Source of the DNA: Rotaria socialis
Taxonomy: Eukaryota
Assembly (NCBI GenBank): GCA_905331295.1
Contig: CAJNYD010000069.1
Span: 124,001 to 188,000, forward strand
DNA: 64,000 nt
Direction of reading: 5' to 3'
Below the pieces are notes generated by a model. The model saw nothing but the letters and a program-made list of their open reading frames with translations, was not told the origin of the DNA and did not search any database. The position numbers and the translations under genes were made by a program. This document shows positions 39,501 to 52,460 of this stretch, piece after piece (position 1 is the first letter of the stretch; each line of letters opens with the position of its first letter).

Positions 39501-42176
39501 GTTTATGATGAGAGTTCACTCGTGCAATGTTATGCTTGTCAAGTAAGATGAAAAACAAGATAGGATAAGACTACTTGCTGACCTTCTCAGTTTTTATTTT
39601 CGTTGACATCAAGTCAGAGACAACTGTAGTTTATCTATCGAAAGTTTATTTTCGTTGACATCAAGTCAGAGACAACTGTAGTTTATCTATCGAAAGTTTA
39701 TTTTCTATCGATTCTTTAACTCAGTTATGGTAATGAGTATTGGAAATTTTTCGATTAAGAAGATTGAAAAATAAACTATTGGAATGTCATTAAGTATCTT
39801 CTATGACTTCATTCCAATAAAAAAAACTAAAATATTTCAGGAGTATAAAAACTATTATTTTGTGTAGTAGAGAAATGCAAATTCTGGAGTAAAAGTAAAT
39901 TTCTATGTGACTAAGAAAATAGAAGTCCAACATTGAACGTTATGATTTACAATTTATATGATTTTAAAGTAGGCGAAGAGCAAAAAACATTGTTATTGTT
40001 TTCAACATACTTGAATAATACTAATTTAAAATAGCAAAATCTTAAGATGTCTTCCGAGTTCTATTATAAGAATTCCATCTTGTTAGACTGAATGTAATAC
40101 TTTCCCATGGAAGAAGATTAAAATATAGCACCTATTCATGTTTCAGTATTAATAAGGATTTTAAACTAAATAGATAATAATTGTATGTGTATTTTAGTTA
40201 TGGCAACATGTCGCCTGTGTTTCAATAGTCGATTCAAGTCGGCCATATTATTGTTTTGAATGCCAACCCGCATGTGAACACAATCCGTCAGCGTGCTTAA
40301 AAACAAATGTTATGATAGCTGCTACTTTATCACCGTTACAAACCTATGATGACAATCATAGTTCGTTTTCAGCATTGACACGTTCGGATGGCTTTATTAT
40401 ACGTATAAATGAATGTTATTTTGTACCGAAACAAGATGAAAACAATATTGATAGATCATTAGCATCACCTGAATACGATATTTTATTTATTGAGCGTCTT
40501 TGGATTGATGACTATGGTATTGGCCAAGCATCTGGCTTCTATTATATACGTCCGAATGAAACATTTCATGAACCAAATAGGAAATTTTTTCCCTATGAAG
40601 TATTTCGTTTTCCCTCTTCAAATGATCCTTTACCAATCAGTTCCGTTGTTCGCCCTTGTTTTGTATTGGATATAGGAACCTATTGTAAAGGCAAACCAAT
40701 AAGTGATAATAGTAGTCGAGTACTACCAAGTGATTTATTTATCTGTGAATACCGTGTTGATAAATTAGCAAGAACATTTACACGTTTACTGAAATCAAGG
40801 CATTTTGGAATCAATACGAAATCTTACTGTTTTGATAATTACGTTGAAAAACTTTCAATAAAACGAGAATATCAGGTTTGTATTAATAATTCAATTTTTT
40901 CTATTGATAAAATCTAATATGAAGAATTTGAACATGAAATGATTAAATTCATTTCTAAGAGAAATAGTACGAGTGTATAAATTTCAAATTTATTGTCCAT
41001 TCTTTCGTTTGATACGTTACGAAATTTTAAACTCAAGATTTCTTCTAGTAGATTAAATTACAATACATCGTCTCCATCCTATTTTGAATCTGTGCATTTT
41101 AATTAAATCGCTTATAATCTTATTTAAATGTATTCTAAGCTTCATCCGACACGATATTAACTCTTCTTTTTATTACTCAATCAATCCTCTTTGTTTCTAA
41201 TGTAAAATTTAATTGTATATTAAATAAAATAGTAGTACTATAGATAAATTTGTTTTATCCGCAATATCCGTGTTCGTATGAAAGCCGCTGAGGTTTTATC
41301 TAGTAAGCTCTATTAACGATGAAATTGTATCTCATCGTTTAAGCTTCCATGAGTTTCACTCATGCGCATGTGCTGTAGGTTTTATCTATGAGCAATTTTA
41401 CTATAGACTGAAAAACATGACAAAGTCTCATTATTTGATTTTCTGGTGTTCATCAAAAATTGAAAATTCACTTGAGCGACTATCACTGAGCTCTAGAAAC
41501 TAATGGATAGCATTTCTTTTAGAATTTGCCTAGCCTTCGTGCGACTCGTCGTGTTAGTCGAGTATAAGTGCAAACGATTGATAACTCTTTGGAAGAATCT
41601 TTTGTAATTATGTATTTATTTAATAACTAGTATAACGTTTGATTCGTTAATTATATTATATTACATTTCATTTCTATTCTATAGCCATATCAAAAAGACC
41701 TTCAACAACAACATCATCATCACTCTTATGATAATCGTCGACGTTCAACAGCAAATGCAAACAAACTCATTAGTCTACAATTGGAAGAAAAATCTACACG
41801 TATCAATGGTATTGTTGAAAAAATCTATTGTCGTTATCATGATCAAAATTTAAGACCAATTGAAACAAAATATACTGTTGATCAACTTGTTCAAGGCTCA
41901 TCGATGCCCCCAAACTTAAATCATCTAGATCATCATAATAACAATACACGACTGGAAAAACACCTATTATCAATATCATCATCATCGATTTCGCCACCAC
42001 TACATGCTCTAGCTGGAACAATCAGTGAGAAACGTCGTACTATATCTCTATCATCTGATGATGATATTGTTGAGCTTGTGCCTGACAGCGATTGTCAGAG
42101 AATATCAAAGAAACGTTTGCTGAAACAGCCAAGAGTTAATGCACATATAAGTGATGAGACCATTGATCAAGTCTAA
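33567..42176 (+). CDS. ASH1L: ASH1-like H3K36 methyltransferase (AWS-SET-postSET, bromodomain, PHD, BAH), multi-exon
   Basis: CVNRMIFTEC, EYVGEII, IDAYRMGGIARFANHSCSPNC, ELTYDYNF...CYCESQKCRG, YYEIITKPIDL (bromo), HCRCG...VQCYACQLWQHVAC (PHD), IERLWID...RPNETFHEPNRKFF...FICEYRVD (BAH). The start exon is inferred from splice phase. Confidence 0.92.
36180..36602. mobile_element. hAT-type MITE in an ASH1L intron
   Basis: TAGGGGTGTCA ... TGACACCTC ends with TTTAAATTTAAA subterminal repeats; 8-bp TSD GTAGATAT (36172-36179, 36603-36610). Confidence 0.85.
39593..39705. repeat. Exact 52-bp tandem duplication in an ASH1L intron
   Basis: TTTATTTTCGTTGACATCAAGTCAGAGACAACTGTAGTTTATCTATCGAAAG occurs twice. 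Confidence 0.95.
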
Positions 42177-42443
42177 GCATTAGTCACGATCAAAAACTAA
42201 ACCGAGCAACGTAAAGCAAGCTGCCGAACATTTTCATTGTTTTTCATAATTTTTCGTATTGTTCAATTCTGTGAGTATGTATGCTTCAATGTACACGTAT
42301 GTTTTTTTTACTCATTATGTCGATCTTTTTTTCCAAATTTTTTCTTTGCAAAAAAACAATTTTTAATAATATTATCTTTGTGTGAACTGATTGAAAGAAA
42401 ACTTTTAGATTACGTCTAACGATAAGAAATTTTTATAAATTGC

Positions 42444-44624
42444 ATGCACGATCCAACCAATAGACATAAGAATTCATTGACATCATCAACGATGCTATCG
42501 AGTCCAAATCGCCTATTGAATATGCACGCACCAAAGTTGAGCCGGCCATCACAGCCTCAACAACAGCAGCAAAATCTTGCAAAAAAATTAAAAGTTAATC
42601 ATGTCAATGGTATACGACCAACCTCTCAAGAAGGAAATACAGCTGTTCGAAGTAAGTAATCTGTTGTGGTTTTTTTATATTTATTTTTTATTTCAACGTA
42701 TAATTCAAAATGAATTTCAGCTTCAAAAAGTGATACATCTTTAAGATGTCCATTAAGACAAACATTACCGATATTTAAACAACCAGTTACTTATTATCCT
42801 ACACAACGTGATGAAGTTAAACCTCAAATTAATAATGCAGCAACATCAAATGCCAATAGTGGTGGTAAGCCAAGTGAAAAAACAAAACCAAGACAACTCT
42901 TTTGGGAGAAACGATTTCAAAACATACGACCAACAGGCATCGATGGACAACCTTTCGAACATTTTAAATTACCCGAACAAATCAAAGGTATATTAAATCA
43001 TCTTGAACTTCATTAATAATGCTTTTAAAAAGGGCTTTTCGAGCTGCACAAGACGATTTACTTGATTGCACCAAGCAGTTTTTCTTAAGATGAAAGTAAC
43101 CACTTCACTAGCTGACATTTTATATCCTTCCTACAGAACTAAAAAGAAAATTTTACATCCGATTTCGAATCTCATCAGTTTCTCATAATTTTAAATGGCA
43201 GCATGCCGTAAAACGGGCCGTCAGCCACATAGTTACCTCGAAACTAAAATACTGAATATTACTTTGCTTTCTGCTTAACTATTTTGCAATGCGTTCAGCC
43301 GCAAAAAATATGTCATTTTTTAAGTTAAAATCTCCGTATGAACCTTGAATATTTGAAAGTCACTTAGTCGGATAAGTAAATTTCTATCTTTTCCAACATG
43401 AAACATATCTTACATTTCGATTCATCATGGCTTCGTCTGTTCACTGATATTATAAGAAAATAAAACAAAAAGTAGTAACTTGCATAATCTCTTCAAAAAA
43501 TTAATAAAGTACTTGAAACAGTGATGCAATAGCACATATCAATAGCATGAGACACCTTTGTCAATTAATCGATTTTCGATGAAAAATGCTTCTTTTTCAA
43601 ATCAATCTCATATTGATATTTTGCTGTGTAACTATGTATACTCTCTAGTTGTCTTTCAAATGCATAAAGAAACATTATAAGTACCATGATGACTTTTTGT
43701 GAGTTTAATCTATCATAGAACATTATACAACACACTTCCTGTTAAGATCGTTAGTCTTCAGTTGGCTTCATATTTCTCTTTTGAGCCCTTAGAGAAAGAG
43801 AGAGAGAGAGAGAGAAAGCACCATACGTTACACTAACATAGTTTTAAGTTGTCCGTCTATTTTCTTTATTAAAAAAAAACAACCAGAGAAGATCGACAAA
43901 TAGTTTGCATACTTATGTAATCAAATGATATTTACTCAAATGAAGTGTGCCAAGGAAAACAATTTCTACTGAACAAACAATTCATTCTTTTGTATAGTAT
44001 TGATACATCTAACACCGAAGTTTTACTGATTTTTGTCATCTTTTCCAAATTTGATTGCAATTTCAGAATAAAATGATTGAAATTCATGCGATGATATATG
44101 ATCAATATTGGTTGTCTAAGAAGATAAAATTGAAATTTTTTAGGATAATGATGAATTTATAGTCATCACGAAACACAATTTTCTTTTCTGAAAATTTGAA
44201 TAATTCATATTTTCCCATTCTTTTGATCTAAAAATAGCTGCTCTTTGAATAAGTAAAAACACTTAAAGTAATGATTTAATTTTGCAAATTAGGTGTCGAT
44301 CTAAATATGTCACCGGAAACGATTGTGATCAGTCTTGCAACATCACTTCATCTATATAGTAATTCACGCGCATTATTTGGCCAAAACAAACAATTTCAAA
44401 AAAATCCTACTACACACGTTCAACGTGATCAGCCGTTAATTGAGGTATATCTTTTTTTTTCTTATTATTTTCTGTATCAATTTTCATGTTTTCAGCATGT
44501 TACAATAACTGAGGAACATATTCGTGCTCAAGAAGCAAAAGTCAATGAACTTCGTCGACGTATTCAACAAACAATGCGTAGCAATAATAATAATAGTAGC
44601 ACAAATATGAAAATGGAAACCTAA
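42444..44624 (+). CDS. MBD2: MBD2/3-like NuRD subunit lacking the methyl-CpG-binding domain, 4 exons
   Basis: PLRQTLPIFKQPVT, KPRQLFWEKR, LKLPEQIKG...ETIVISLATSLH, TEEHIRAQEAKVNELRRRIQQ. Exons ~42444-42651, 42721-42987, 44293-44443, 44496-44624. Confidence 0.88.
43791..43815. repeat. (GA)n microsatellite
   Basis: Visible GA run. Confidence 0.85.
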
Positions 44625-45143
44625 GAAATAAAAGAAAAAACACAAAATGTCTATGAATTATAGACTGATTAAACCCCAGTGATGTGATGAAGAACCCCTA
44701 AAAGTCTGTTTCATTCATGTTAATGTGTAGCACATTGTTCGATTTTTCTTTCTTTTTCATTTTTACTCTGTATAGCTATCTACTGTGTTCTTGTTATCGT
44801 ATAATTTCTTGTTGCGCTAGTGAAAAACTTTTTGAATCAATATACACAACTGAAATGAATGAATTATATAAATTGAATTGAATCAACGATAATTATATCT
44901 TATATGAATATTATTATTGCTAATCGTATTGGTTTTTATCGATAGAAGTCTCATTGATAATATGAAGCATGTCCATACTATTTCTTTTGTTTTCAGAAAA
45001 CAATACGCCGACAGAAATTCTCGATGGACAATAAATAAATACCTAACATGAATGAAACCATTACTTTGCAGTTCATTGTATGTATTTGAATAACATATTG
45101 ACTGAAAGCTTTCATTGCCATCTATCGATATGGAGTAATATAT

Positions 45144-45145
<2 letters not shown>

Positions 45146-45182
<37 letters not shown>
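45146..45182. repeat. (GATA)n microsatellite
   Basis: About 9 TAGA units. Confidence 0.95.
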
Positions 45183-45718
45183 TGTTGTTTAATAGAATAA
45201 AATAATCAATGGAAAAAAACAAGAAAGCATATAGAGTTGTGACTTGCAATTTTGGTGTCCTTTTTTCTCTCGCGCTCCTATTATCAAGTGTTTCCGATAT
45301 GTTCATCTATGCTTATCTGACTCGATTCTTATTATAGACGAGTAGGCAATCGCTCGCTAACACACAGAATAAAACGTGCTCCAATATTTGTCTGATATAC
45401 TGAATTGACAACCACTTATATATATATATATAGAACACATAAATTTCGACGACACAAAGTCAGCTATTATAACGCTTCAAAAATAAAGCAGAGCCTGTGA
45501 AAGCATTCAAGTAATTACTTATTATCAATGAGAAATGGTCTATTCAAATATAATTGATTATCAAAAAGAAAAAAATAATGAAATTGACGTGCTTAACTCA
45601 TGTTTTTCTTGTGAACTAGATTTGCACCACGTATGTTCACAGACGACAATTATACTAGGCATGCATGTATCCAATATATCGATCCCTGTGCAACAATAAA
45701 TAATCAATCTTATCATTT

Positions 45719-47072
45719 TTATTCTTTTCTTTTTTTCTCGTTTTCATCACATTCAAGCAAAAAATTTTTATTTATTGTTGATCGCGATTCCATGTGTCTC
45801 TTAGTGTGAGGTACGGTAGTGGTTTGTTCTTGTGTTAGAATAGACTTTCGTCGAGATGATCGTCTGCATAAAAATAAATTATAGAAATCTTTACGAAAAT
45901 CAGTGGAACAAAAAAAATAAATAAAAAATCGAATAGCATGTGTAGTCGTTGATAAATTAGTAAATAACAATGAGATAGTACGCCTTAATGCTGGTGGTTC
46001 AATATATGGACGAAAAAATGAAAAAATAACTGTCGACGGAAACGTCAATGCAAAATAAGATATTGTTATAAATATCAACGACATAGTTAATTTTCTACTA
46101 TGCCGATATAATAATCTTGCTGGATTATTTCTATTCGACCGTTTGAATGTTGCGCGTGACGGTGATATCTGTCGTGGGGCAAGAAAATGTTTTTGTCTAA
46201 TCATTGGTAATGCTGTTGTTGCTGTGGCCGCAAATAAAACTATACGTCTATGCTTATCTAAACGTTTCTTACTTGCAAATATAATACGCATTAAAAGTGC
46301 ATTAAATATAAATAAGATAATGCTCGGTATAACTGAATAAAGAAATAAATGTAAGCGTTGATGCCATAGCATGTAGTTTGGAAACCGTAGATTTTTATAA
46401 CATACAGTATCGCCTGCTGGCGAATAGTACCCGTTCATCCAAAGTATATGGATATTTAATAGAAAAAATAAACATGCTAGGAAAAGACATATGGCTATCG
46501 TATAACGTCGTTTACAAATGAATTCAAAATGCGATATCTTTTTTACTAATAAAAAACGATTAAACGAACCGAATGCCAACACCCATGACGATGTTTGTAA
46601 GGTAGAAAATGCTGAAATATATATAAACAATGAGATTTTTTTGTTCTTATTTAAAAATTTTCTTACCCAAATAGGACAAAAAACGACAGATGAATAGTGA
46701 ATATTCCTCGAGGTTTCTTTTAATAATAGCAACATTAATATTTTCCTTTTCATAGAAATATGGACTGCCATTATTATTAATATTTTTACGGTTATTGAAA
46801 TAGGTTATTTTAACATCAACGTTAAATTCTCGAAATACATAATTTAAATTGAATGTATAAAGAGCGATCGTATCGAGAAAAGCTAAAAATCCAAATACAA
46901 GTTTTATTGAATTTGAACGATTTGATTTTTTAAAGTAAATTATGCAACAAAGAAGATTACAAGGAGTACCAATTAAAATTAGTAAGAGCGAATAAATTGA
47001 AAGAAGACGATCGGTTATTTGAATGTTATGATTACGATTTGAGATGGAATATGAATTCGATGAGCCATTCAT
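45719..47072 (-). CDS. Class A (rhodopsin-like) orphan GPCR, 2 exons
   Basis: TM1 IGTPCN, TM2 FLAFLD, CRFLSYL|AFSTLQTSSWVLAFGSFNRF, TM5 YSVIPSIILFIFN, TM6 LTFPSTV, TM7 FFIYFFCSTDFRK; short intron at ~46613-46667. Confidence 0.9.
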
Positions 47073-50000
47073 GATGAATTCTATTTAATTGTTCAAGAAA
47101 GTGAGGAAAGATCATCAGTGAGTCTTATTCACCATCGTCTATGTTCTTTCCTTTTTTTTTCTCTATATTTTTTTTTCTTCTTGCTTTTCTTCGCTTTCTT
47201 CGTTTGGTAGGATCATCAATTCTTTCTTATCTTCTTTCCTTACAATCGTAGCGTGTCTCTCCTTTGTTAAAAGAAACAAGAAGAGCAGGAAAAAGAAATT
47301 AAAGGTAGCTATAATTTACCGACGTGACAGCGATTATCAAAAGATAGATCTCTGCAAATTTATTTTGAATGAGCTCATCTTTATACTGTCGTGTTTGGTC
47401 TAACATTCAATTGAAAGAAATACGCAAATACGAGTGTTTATTTCGATCTGACAGCAGCCACTTGGACTTTAACAACGCATTTGTAACCAGTAATTTAAGC
47501 CATGTGTCAACGGTTTATGTGCATAGCAGTCGATTCATCATTGATTTGATACCAGACGTGATGCTGTGGGCCACCATCGGAAACTAATAACCAATTATAA
47601 TGTGAGCACAGCTAGCGTTAGTGACGATGCCACTGAGTCATACATGTGTATTCAAATAAAGCGAAGTCCCATGTATAAACAAAAATAATAAATCCATTTC
47701 ATCACTAATAAATCACCGTCGTCATGTCATATTTATCGAATTAGTGCATCAATATTATCATTATCAAACAAATAAGAAAATAGTCTGTATTCTTTTTCTT
47801 CGGCTGAAAAAAAAACGAAGAATCGATAAGCAGAGGTGATGCTAGTTAAATTTGAATTGCTCTAAAATGACCGTAACGAATATTTGTATGCATTTATATA
47901 TCTGTTTTTCTTAGTATTCTACACAACTGAAAAGCGTAATTCTTCCCATAAAAGTCATCTCATGAAATTTATCATCTTTTATATCACGCATCATAATGCC
48001 CTTATAATGACTAAGCAATAGGGTTTAGTTATAAAAGAAATTAATGTTTCTAATTTTATCATAAATTTGAGTTATATTTCAATAATCAATAGAGAAATAT
48101 CGTGTTGAGAAAATATATAAGAAAAAAACAACAACATACGAGAATTGAATTCACAATGTTAAAAATTATTATTACCGTTTTTCTTTTCCCGTTAGAGTTT
48201 TTATTTTAAGCTGCTCAACAATGATGGATTAAGTATTTATATTGAAATATCATTTTCAAATGATGCATAAAGTCGTTTATACACGCAAGAATTTCATTAT
48301 CTAATACTTTCATGTGCGAAATCAATTAATTTTTTTCTATAACTACATTTTTAGGTGAGCTGATGCCTGTTGATTCTATTCATATATTTATAAAAGCAAC
48401 AATGAATAAAGAATTAAAAGGAAAAGAAAAGAAAAGTTCCGACAGTGAATATCAATGAATATTCTACTTTCTTTTACTTTAGTTTTGTATTACGCGTTCA
48501 TGAATTTATGATCATACAAATAGAGACGACTATAGGAGAAAAAAAATCAACGGCTTGGCTATTATTATGATTCCTAAATAATGCAAAAAAAGAATGAACA
48601 CAATGAATCAACTTCAGTCGTCAATCGCACAGGATATAGATGAATGGACTAACTATTTTTCGTTTCCGTTTCTCTGTTGATCAGTATCAAGTAGTATGTC
48701 AGTCTTTCTTTTTTTTATAAGTAATGCGTCTTGAAAATGAGAAGAGGGAGTAAACACCATTTTTTTGGAAATTGTTTTTTGTCTAGGAATACTTTCCTGT
48801 TTTTCTTCTCAGATTAACACGCATGCGAATTTTTGTTTGTGAAAAGAAAATAAAAATATACTTCTTGGCAAAAGAACCAGCATCACACATCTCATTTTCA
48901 TAATGAAGTTAGCAATTATTCATAAAATGCCACTCATGAAAATACTATTGAGAATAGGCTTAGGTGCACAGATAATAATGTTATTCATATTTCATGATGT
49001 AGAAAAATAAAAGATAAACATACTAACTAGGACACCATTTAGATGCTAAATTGTTGAATGTGGTCCTCAATAGAACTCGTATTGTTATTTATATAGATAT
49101 AAATAATAACGTCGACTTAGGTTAGAGAGAGAAAATAAGTCTAGAGGTTCGTATTATTATCCAGTACTGTTATCTTATATGTAGTCTCATTTATATTCTC
49201 TGAACTTTGTCTTGATAAACTTCAGATATGAAATCTGACGCCAAAAATAGAGGTGAAGTGCCATAAACAATTTCGTGACGGAAAATGAGATTAGTTCCTG
49301 TTGTTTCTTTCTTCATTTTATGTTACTTTAAACATGTGAATTGTCATTGAAAATTAATGTCGTATATTGTTTTCAGCCGTTGCGAGCCTGATTCTTTTGC
49401 TACTTTATTGATAAATGCAACCGCGTGTGCTCATGTCGAAATTAACGATTGAGAATCATTTATGAAATGTTTATGGCGGCAACCAAAGACATATTCAACA
49501 TAATACTGATGAATAGCTACAAACTATTAATATTGTTTTTCTCTCCAAGTCTTTGTTGATATTCCTTTCGGTTGGAAAAAATAGATTATTTTCACGGTCA
49601 TAAAGATAAATAGAATTATACTAACTAATAAAAATTCAACGTCATAGTATTTAAATAGATAAAGTGATTCAAAACTAATAGAATAATAGAATTAATGCCT
49701 ACATTACGCACAGTTGGAGAAAAAGAATGTGTCATATGGCTGCTCCAAATAAAAATTGGATTAATGCCTTGAACGAAACGATGATAATAAAAATAAGATT
49801 AATAGTTCATGATTCTTTTTTTTTCTTTTGCCTACTCTCAGCCTATCTGATGGCAATCAATTAGCAAAGATTATTATAAATGCTTATGCCATCAAATCCT
49901 CTCTAATAAGATTTAACAAAGGCACTTTCTATTAAACGAAATCAAGTGTTTCGTTTGAGAAGTTTGCTTCTTTTGGAATGCTTCCATAGGTTTCTGCTAA

Positions 50001-51923
50001 GAAAAATTTTGGAAAATAACATGAAATGAATCCATTGAAAAATTCATTTGATGTGAAGCATTATACAAATATGTTGTTTGTTATTGAGTAAGAATTTTAA
50101 TTCAAATAAAATACTAAGCAAGGATTTCATCTGCTTTTGGATTACTCAGTTTTACTTGATGTCTATCGCTGATTTCGATTCAAAACAATCAATCGTTGTT
50201 GAACTAAATGGTCGAGGAAAAACGTTTATGTAGTGTTTTATGAAATATCTAGAGCAGTGTCAACAAGTATTTCTAAATTGCTAGAAGCTCATAAGATTTT
50301 TACAACATCTAGATGTAAAATTAAATATTAAGATCAGATTTTTCAACTCATGACTACGAAATTCGAGTTTGATTAAATCTATAGAGTAAAACCATTCTTG
50401 GGCTAAAAAAAGCTCAGACAAAACACCCAATTGGAAATACTTTCGACATTGAAAAACTCAAAATATTTTTTGTTTTTCTTAGTTTTGGTAAGTAGGTTTC
50501 AATAATTTCTAAAATTAAACAGCCAAAAAAGAAATCCATGGCCATATTTACTTTTCTTGCGAGTTGATATATTGAACTGTGCTAAAGTTAAATTTTCTAT
50601 TCGTTCTGAATGCTGACTAACTACATGATTATGTGGCGTTACGCCGAATTCGTATGATTTTAAAGGTTTCAATAGATTTTAAATCAAAATCTTTATATGG
50701 TTCGATGGATTCAATCATGAATACGGCCTAAGTTCTTATTATAGACATTGTATTAGTGAATTCAATTACCGAAAAACCGATTGGTGCCAATTTCTAGAAA
50801 ATAAAACGTGCTTTTAAAGTTCTTAGCGCTTCAATTGTTTTCATTGGAATGCGTTCAATTTAAACATTCGCCACTGCTGAAATCCACTCAAAATTTAAAT
50901 TCATTTTTCTACAGAATGATCAACACGATAGAATGACAAAAATATGCACTTTTGATCTTTCTTTGTTTTTCTCTTAATTAAATCAAAAATCTTATCGTTC
51001 ATGTTCTGTTTAGTTACGTTGTGAAATAATTGAATATCCACAAAACTCTTACATGAGCTTGCGCTTACACACCGCATTTTTCTGAATGTTTTTTTTGCAG
51101 CTCAACAATGTTCGTTGCGGTTTAGAATGCCTGTTAAGTAAATGAAATTATATTGTAGACAAAGAACCGTAGTCAAGACACACTCAAGCAGAAGAACATT
51201 TTCACCACATACATTCTCAACATGTATATTCAATTTATACGTTTATGCATTCAATGTGAAAATTCTTATATACGAGGGTTACATATAAAATTTTAATTTT
51301 AATAATTAGAATCTAAATAATTGAAACCTTCATCTTCGATATGTATCCGTGTATGAATCAAATATAATATACATGGAATACTCAATATAGACTGATATTT
51401 TATAAAAACAAAACGTTTTGTTCAAGCTATATAAACAGCAAAACAAAAAATTTATTAATAAATTATAATTTAGAGTTAGCAATTCTTGCTTGAAACAAAG
51501 GCGAAGCGAATGGAATATTTTACTATTAATTCAGTTTTGCTCATACAGTAGACGTTTTTATTAATATGCTAAATTACTCGTCTTGAGTTTTCAATACACT
51601 GAGCTAGTTTCTGAGAGCTTTGTAGAATGACAAAATACATATACAGTAAGTAATCTAAGGTGAAAGAGATACTCAATCGTAATATCTGCCAAGTTTTTCG
51701 TTTGAGAACAAAACATCTGCATATGATTATAAAATATGTTAGTGAAATTTTTGTCCTACTAAATTTTATACAAGTATTTGTTGTCTTCGAAGATATTTGC
51801 ATAAGTTTACGAAAATTTCACACATTCATATTGTTCTTTGTGAAACTACTTTGATTAAATCTTACATTGGCAATTTACATTAGATAAATAACGCAAAAGT
51901 TTATGTATCATAAGCATTATATA

Positions 51924-51954
<31 letters not shown>

Positions 51955-51965
51955 AATAATGGCTC

Positions 51966-52238
51966 NNNNNNNNNNNNNNNNNNNNNNNNNNNNNNNNNNN
52001 NNNNNNNNNNNNNNNNNNNNNNNNNNNNNNNNNNNNNNNNNNNNNNNNNNNNNNNNNNNNNNNNNNNNNNNNNNNNNNNNNNNNNNNNNNNNNNNNNNNN
52101 NNNNNNNNNNNNNNNNNNNNNNNNNNNNNNNNNNNNNNNNNNNNNNNNNNNNNNNNNNNNNNNNNNNNNNNNNNNNNNNNNNNNNNNNNNNNNNNNNNNN
52201 NNNNNNNNNNNNNNNNNNNNNNNNNNNNNNNNNNNNNN
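51966..52238. other. Assembly gap preceded by (AAT)n
   Basis: Run of N. Confidence 1.
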
Positions 52239-52388
52239 GAGGGGGGGGGGAGGGGCTTAAGACAACAATATAATATTCTACTACCGTTATCCTTTCACGT
52301 AATCTATATGGTGATAGAAACATTTTGAATATTTTATATTTTATATTAACACGAAACGAGCAATGAAAGAAACTGCTGAGGCATTCAC

Positions 52389-52460
52389 AAGAAAATAATG
52401 AGTATAAGATTGAAAATCAAGTAATGTTCTTCGTAGTAGTCTTATACTCATTATTTTCTT
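52389..52460. repeat. 72-nt hairpin (21-bp perfect inverted repeat)
   Basis: AAGAAAATAATGAGTATAAGA ... TCTTATACTCATTATTTTCTT. Confidence 0.9.

Noticed and set aside
51901..52323. ORFs spanning the N run
   Set aside because: Assembly-gap artefacts.
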